Shown here one piece after another: positions 61,701-64,000 of a DNA stretch of 64,000 bases (position 1 is the stretch's first letter; the number at the start of each line of letters is the position of its first letter). The translations under genes were made by a program, and so were the position numbers. Source of the stretch: Myxococcales bacterium (GTDB taxonomy: Bacteria; Myxococcota_A; UBA9042); NCBI GenBank assembly GCA_947491025.1, contig CANLIC010000003.1:114005-178004 (forward strand), written 5' to 3'. A model generated the notes under the pieces. It was not told the origin of the DNA and ran no database searches. It saw nothing but the letters and a program-made list of their open reading frames with translations.

Positions 61701-63999
61701 CGCCTGCGCAGCCGTCGCTGGCGGTACAGGCGTCGCCGTCGTCGCAGGCGCCGTTGTTGGCGACCTGGACGCAGCCCGCCACGGCGTCGCAGCTATCGTC
61801 GGTGCACTTGTTGCTGTCGTCGCAATTCTTCTTGGCGCCGACGCACTTGCCGTCGGCGCAGGCGTCCTTCTCCGTGCAGGCGGAGCCATCGTCGCAGGCG
61901 CCGGTCAGGACCTTGTATCCGCACTTGCCGGCGTTGGCGTCGCAGGCGTCGGCCGTGCACGGGTTGCTGTCGTTGCAGTCCTTGTCGGTGGCGCAGTTGC
62001 CGCCGCAGCCCAGAATCGGGCTGTACGCGCAAGCGCCGGTCTTGGCGTCACAAGCGTCTTTGGTGCACTGCTCGCCGTCGTCGCAGACTTTTTTCGCACC
62101 GGCGACGCAGACCTTGGCGCTGCAGGCATCGCCCGCGGTGCAGGCATCGCCGTCAGCGTCGCACGGCTTGACGTTGGCCGTCTGGACGCAGCCGGCCTTG
62201 GGGTCACAGGCATCGTCGGTGCAGGGGTTGCCGTCATTGCAGTCCAGTCCGGTGCCCGCGGTGCACTTGCCACCCAGGCAGACGTCGGTGCTGGTGCAGA
62301 CGGTGCCGTCGGCATCGCAGGGCTTGCCAGCCATCGCCTCGCCCTGGTTCTTGCAGGCGCCGGTCTGGGTGTCGCAGCTATCGATGGTGCAAAGCTCGCC
62401 GTCGTCGCAGCTCTTCTTCTTGCCGACGGTACAGACCTTGTCGATGCATGCATCGCCGACGGTGCAAGCGTCGCCGTCGGCGTCGCACGGGCCGACCTGG
62501 GAGAGGTGCTGGCAGCCTTTGGCCTGGTCGCAGCTGTCCTGTGTACAGGGGTTGCTATCGTCGCACCCGACCTGGGTGCCAGCCACGCAGGCTCCCTCTT
62601 TGCACGCGTCGCCGGCGGTGCAGACCGAGCCGTCGGCATCGCAGGACTTGCCGTCGCTGACGGCCGCCACAGCGCACTTGGCGGTCTTGGGATCGCAGAG
62701 ATTCTGGGCACAGGTGCTGTCGCCGCCGCTGTTGCAGGTGACCACCGTTGCCGGGTTCAGCTTGCAGAGCCAAGCGCTCGACGACTTGTCGCAGTAGAGC
62801 TTGCCGAGGCATGCGTTGGTCGGGTTCTGCGCGGCACAGTCCTCGTCGCTCTTGCAGGCGCAGATCGTCGTTCCGCCTTGGCAAGCGCCGGCCTTGCAGC
62901 TGTCGCCGCTGGTGCAGCTGTTGCCATCGTCACAGGGGCCTTCATGCGGCGCCTGGACGCAGCCGGTCTTGGGGTTGCAGCTGTCTTTGGTGCAGAGGTT
63001 GTCGTCATCGCAGTCGCTGGCGACTTTGGCGCTGCCCTTGCACTTGCCGCCGGCGCAGAGGTCGAAGTCGGTGCAGGCGTTGGCGTCGTCGCAGGGCGCT
63101 TTGTTGGCCTCGTAGCCACAGCCCGTCTTGGCGTCGCAGCTGTCCGTGGTGCATGGGTTGCTGTCGTCGCAGGGCAGGGCGGCGCCGGTGCAGGCGCCGT
63201 CCTTGCACGCGTCGTCCTTGGTGCAGAGCGAACCGTCGTCGCATGGGCCCTGCACCGACGTCGCGGCGCATTTGCCGGTGGCGACGTCGCAGCTGTCCGT
63301 GGTGCACGGGTTGCCGTCGTTGCAGGTTGTCGCGACGCCGCCCTGGCACGCGCCCTTGACGCAGGTGTCGCCCTGCGTGCAGCCGTTGCCGTCTTCGCAG
63401 GCGCCGCTCACCGCGCTCGAGCTGCACCCGGCCTGCGCATCGCAGACATCATTGGTGCAGGGGTTCTTGTCGTCGCAGTCGACGGCTTTGGCCTTGCAGT
63501 CGCCACCTTGGCAGGCGTCGCCGCTGGTACAGGCGCTGCCGTCGCTGCAGGTCGCGCCCTCGGGTAGGCCGACCGACGCGCATTGTCCGGTCTTGGCGTC
63601 GCAGCTGTCGATCGTGCAGGGCTTGCCGTCATTGCAGGTCTTGACGACGCCGCCCTGGCAGACCCCGTCCTTGCAGGTGTCTTCGCTGCAGGGGTTGCCG
63701 TCGGCTTCGCAGGGACCGCTTGAAGTCGTGTTGGCGCAGGCGCCGCTCGTGCAGGCGTCGATGGTGCATGGCTTGCCGTCATCGCAGCCGGCGCCACCCT
63801 CGTCGGTCTGGCCGTCGCAGTCGTCGTCTTTTCCGTTGCACGTTTCTGCGGCCGGCTCTGCCGCCGAACAGGCAGAGAAGGCATCGGCACCACAGGTGCG
63901 GGAGCCCTTGCAGGTGCCATGGCTGTTCGACTTGGCGCATGAGCTGCTGATGTTCTTCTCGATGGCGAGCGGCGGGCAGGTGCACGTGGCGCCCTGCGC
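55762..63999 (-). CDS. Giant Cys-rich repeat / NHL beta-propeller surface protein (5'-truncated by the window)
   Basis: The frame stays open to the window edge. ETCNGKDDDCDG motif, many CDDGNPCTxDxC repeats and four blocks of NHL repeats (ARFNxP, VADxxNHRIR). Confidence 0.88.
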   Translation of the reverse strand, partial: AQGATCTCPPLAIEKNISSSCAKSNSHGTCKGSRTCGADAFSACSAAEPAAETCNGKDDDCDGQTDEGGAGCDDGKPCTIDACTSGACANTTSSGPCEADGNPCSEDTCKDGVCQGGVVKTCNDGKPCTIDSCDAKTGQCASVGLPEGATCSDGSACTSGDACQGGDCKAKAVDCDDKNPCTNDVCDAQAGCSSSAVSGACEDGNGCTQGDTCVKGACQGGVATTCNDGNPCTTDSCDVATGKCAATSVQGPCDDGSLCTKDDACKDGACTGAALPCDDSNPCTTDSCDAKTGCGYEANKAPCDDANACTDFDLCAGGKCKGSAKVASDCDDDNLCTKDSCNPKTGCVQAPHEGPCDDGNSCTSGDSCKAGACQGGTTICACKSDEDCAAQNPTNACLGKLYCDKSSSAWLCKLNPATVVTCNSGGDSTCAQNLCDPKTAKCAVAAVSDGKSCDADGSVCTAGDACKEGACVAGTQVGCDDSNPCTQDSCDQAKGCQHLSQVGPCDADGDACTVGDACIDKVCTVGKKKSCDDGELCTIDSCDTQTGACKNQGEAMAGKPCDADGTVCTSTDVCLGGKCTAGTGLDCNDGNPCTDDACDPKAGCVQTANVKPCDADGDACTAGDACSAKVCVAGAKKVCDDGEQCTKDACDAKTGACAYSPILGCGGNCATDKDCNDSNPCTADACDANAGKCGYKVLTGACDDGSACTEKDACADGKCVGAKKNCDDSNKCTDDSCDAVAGCVQVANNGACDDGDACTASDGCAGGKCAGIAKKCDDGDDCTKDSCNPGDGTCNAKPIAGCGGYCVNASDCDDKNPCTDESCVSGKCSSATNTKVCDDTDACTTKDVCVSGTCTGVQTVCDDTNPCTTDACNKKTGACAFVALPEKATCDDDSACTLGDACAIVNAKIVCQGKTGSCDDGNSCTSDSCDKVLGKCIQSPLSGATCDDGQPCTFGEACANGACKASTADSVANLSGDGTAGLVDEAGAKARFNSPLDIVALPAGGFVVADTLTHTLRSVAADGKVTTLAGSGQPGLGDGKGVNALLNQPYGVGVDAKGVVYFAEVGNHTVRKVYAGVVTRLAGDGQAGYVEGEALKARFNAPIDVVARKGGALVVSDQNNNRLRIIAGGNVATLAGSVAGFADGAAAAARFNLPRGLAIHADGSIFIADMGNHRIRRLSPDNVVTTVAGSGVAGWLDGDAATARLNAPYSVAVDDSGAIWISDRNNHRIRRILGGSVSTVAGSGTAGFLDGAAMAARFNFPAGLAVEPSTGGIVVADSVNHRLRRLWAGGGVAWCSISKGCVRAGLPNPQGPCQVCDPNQSATDWTTLANSSACLDDDVCSAKEVCVDGSCKGSAKSCDDGDKCTNDACDNGSGGCIFTPIVGCGGNCAKVEDCDDKNPCTDDACSSGKCGNTANTKSCDDGDLCTWGDICAGGVCKSGKGTEVSTIAGVSQGSLDGPLAKALMNGPRAIVTGADGRLYVANGEEHRIRVIDLKAGTLAVFAGSGVAGMTDAKGETAQFNAPSDIELRPDGVLVVTDLSNHRLRLIDKDGNTSTWTGIGGGYADGAATVARFNNPYGASLIPGGGAYVADFSNNRIRRVAADGTVTTLAGSSIGYADGKGAAAQFRYPIDVATLAGGGVLVADYENHRIRRVSADGEVTTLAGSGIAGLVDGAAQNARFYYPWGIGVDSSGRVLVADRYNHRLRAISTAGSVSTFAGTVGGILDGEATTVARLNQPWRFEVSADGTVLVADWANHRIRRLKESGTTCNIGGVCIGDGLRNPAAICQACNFAANAKAWTTLADNAVCEDGAPCTQQDACASGKCVAGAAKACDDKISCTKDSCDAKTGGCLFEVIVGCGEYCETDPQCDDKNPCTTDTCAKNKCVWVGNSLPCNDGDSCTMGDACKGAKCQAGAAVWVELQAGIGQGETDGAANQARFNGPGGVTVLSSGVQVIADRGNHRLRLISADGIVSTWTGSVAGLIDGDTQSARFNQPADVDADSSDRVIVADLGNQRVRLVDGTSVSTAAGGTAGFLDGPAQQARFANPYGVAFSQGGVVYVADYSNHRIRKLDLVNSLVSTVAGNGSAGHTDGQGASAVLNGPIGLDVGPDGTVYFVEHGGNRLRKVSATGQVVTIAGDGGVGYLAGQGQKARFNRPWDVLWLPTGELLVADSDNQRVRRVDSNANVLDWAGGGVAGYVNGEGLSAHLYTPRSLASLPSGLVYIVDASNHRIRSAQATATPCKINGACWSHGWTKAGSSCQACLGDKDSGNFSALADGASCDDGKLCVEKDACKSGSCAGTPVGCDDQDDCTTDACDTGTSACTFTKIIGCKGWCDLASHCDDKNPCTTDACVNNACQHAPNSLPCDDGNVCTIGEICVNAACKPEAGTTIVGTLAGSTAGWTDAAGVNARFNAPIGIALDVTGTLWVADQTNHRVRQVDSDGKVTTIAGSGTAGFVDAAGAKAWFNTPSDVGVLSSGAVVVADRFNHRVRVVATDGVVTTLAGSSTPGAGDGKGGAAGLNQPIGLAVGAADTVYVADFANSRVRAIAADGTVTTLAGSSYGYKDGKGAVAQFQYPIGIAVDGAGTLYVTEWDGHRVRRVLPDGTVTTFAGLTAGFGDGAATDARFNRPWGIDVDGSGRVWVVELGNHRLRQIESGIVTTAAGSGAGYKDGNNSVALFNSPLGVLALANGDLIVSDTANHRLRTVRITSNACSIGGKCYSDGTVNPDKGCEICAGAKSGKSWQSSACK

Positions 64000-64000
64000 G

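Noticed and set aside
58897-63567. 1556-aa plus-strand ORF
   Set aside because: It is a shadow of the NHL/Cys-rich gene on the minus strand.

Overview
This GC-rich window is gene-dense and looks like Myxococcota/deltaproteobacterial chromosomal DNA: a eukaryotic-type Ser/Thr kinase, PEGA/TPR and FGE-domain proteins, giant Cys-rich surface proteins, and an OmpA with TSP3 repeats. I recognised no rRNA, tRNA, CRISPR array or mobile element. Housekeeping and metabolic content: asnB-type amidotransferase with a GT4 glycosyltransferase, dihydropyrimidinase, an ECF sigma/anti-sigma operon, a 2-oxoacid dehydrogenase E1a/E1b/E2 cluster, an LD-carboxypeptidase with a serine hydrolase, bamD, sua5/tsaC, rpsU and kbl. 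The most notable locus is a three-gene unit at 46619-50383. It encodes a TPM-like membrane protein, then a 413-aa protein ending in four tandem S[W/F]DCSSDC repeats whose stop codon overlaps the start of a radical SAM/SPASM maturase. This is a candidate system for thioether or cyclophane cross-linking of a large protein tail. Also notable: an ethylmalonyl-CoA-pathway-like operon (ecm, mcd) headed by a highly divergent Ccr-like reductase, a bS21 with a long Gly/Tyr N-terminal extension, a protein with four ~90-aa HFAGxxR repeats, and two giant Cys-repeat proteins. All calls come from motif recognition by eye; no database searches were run.
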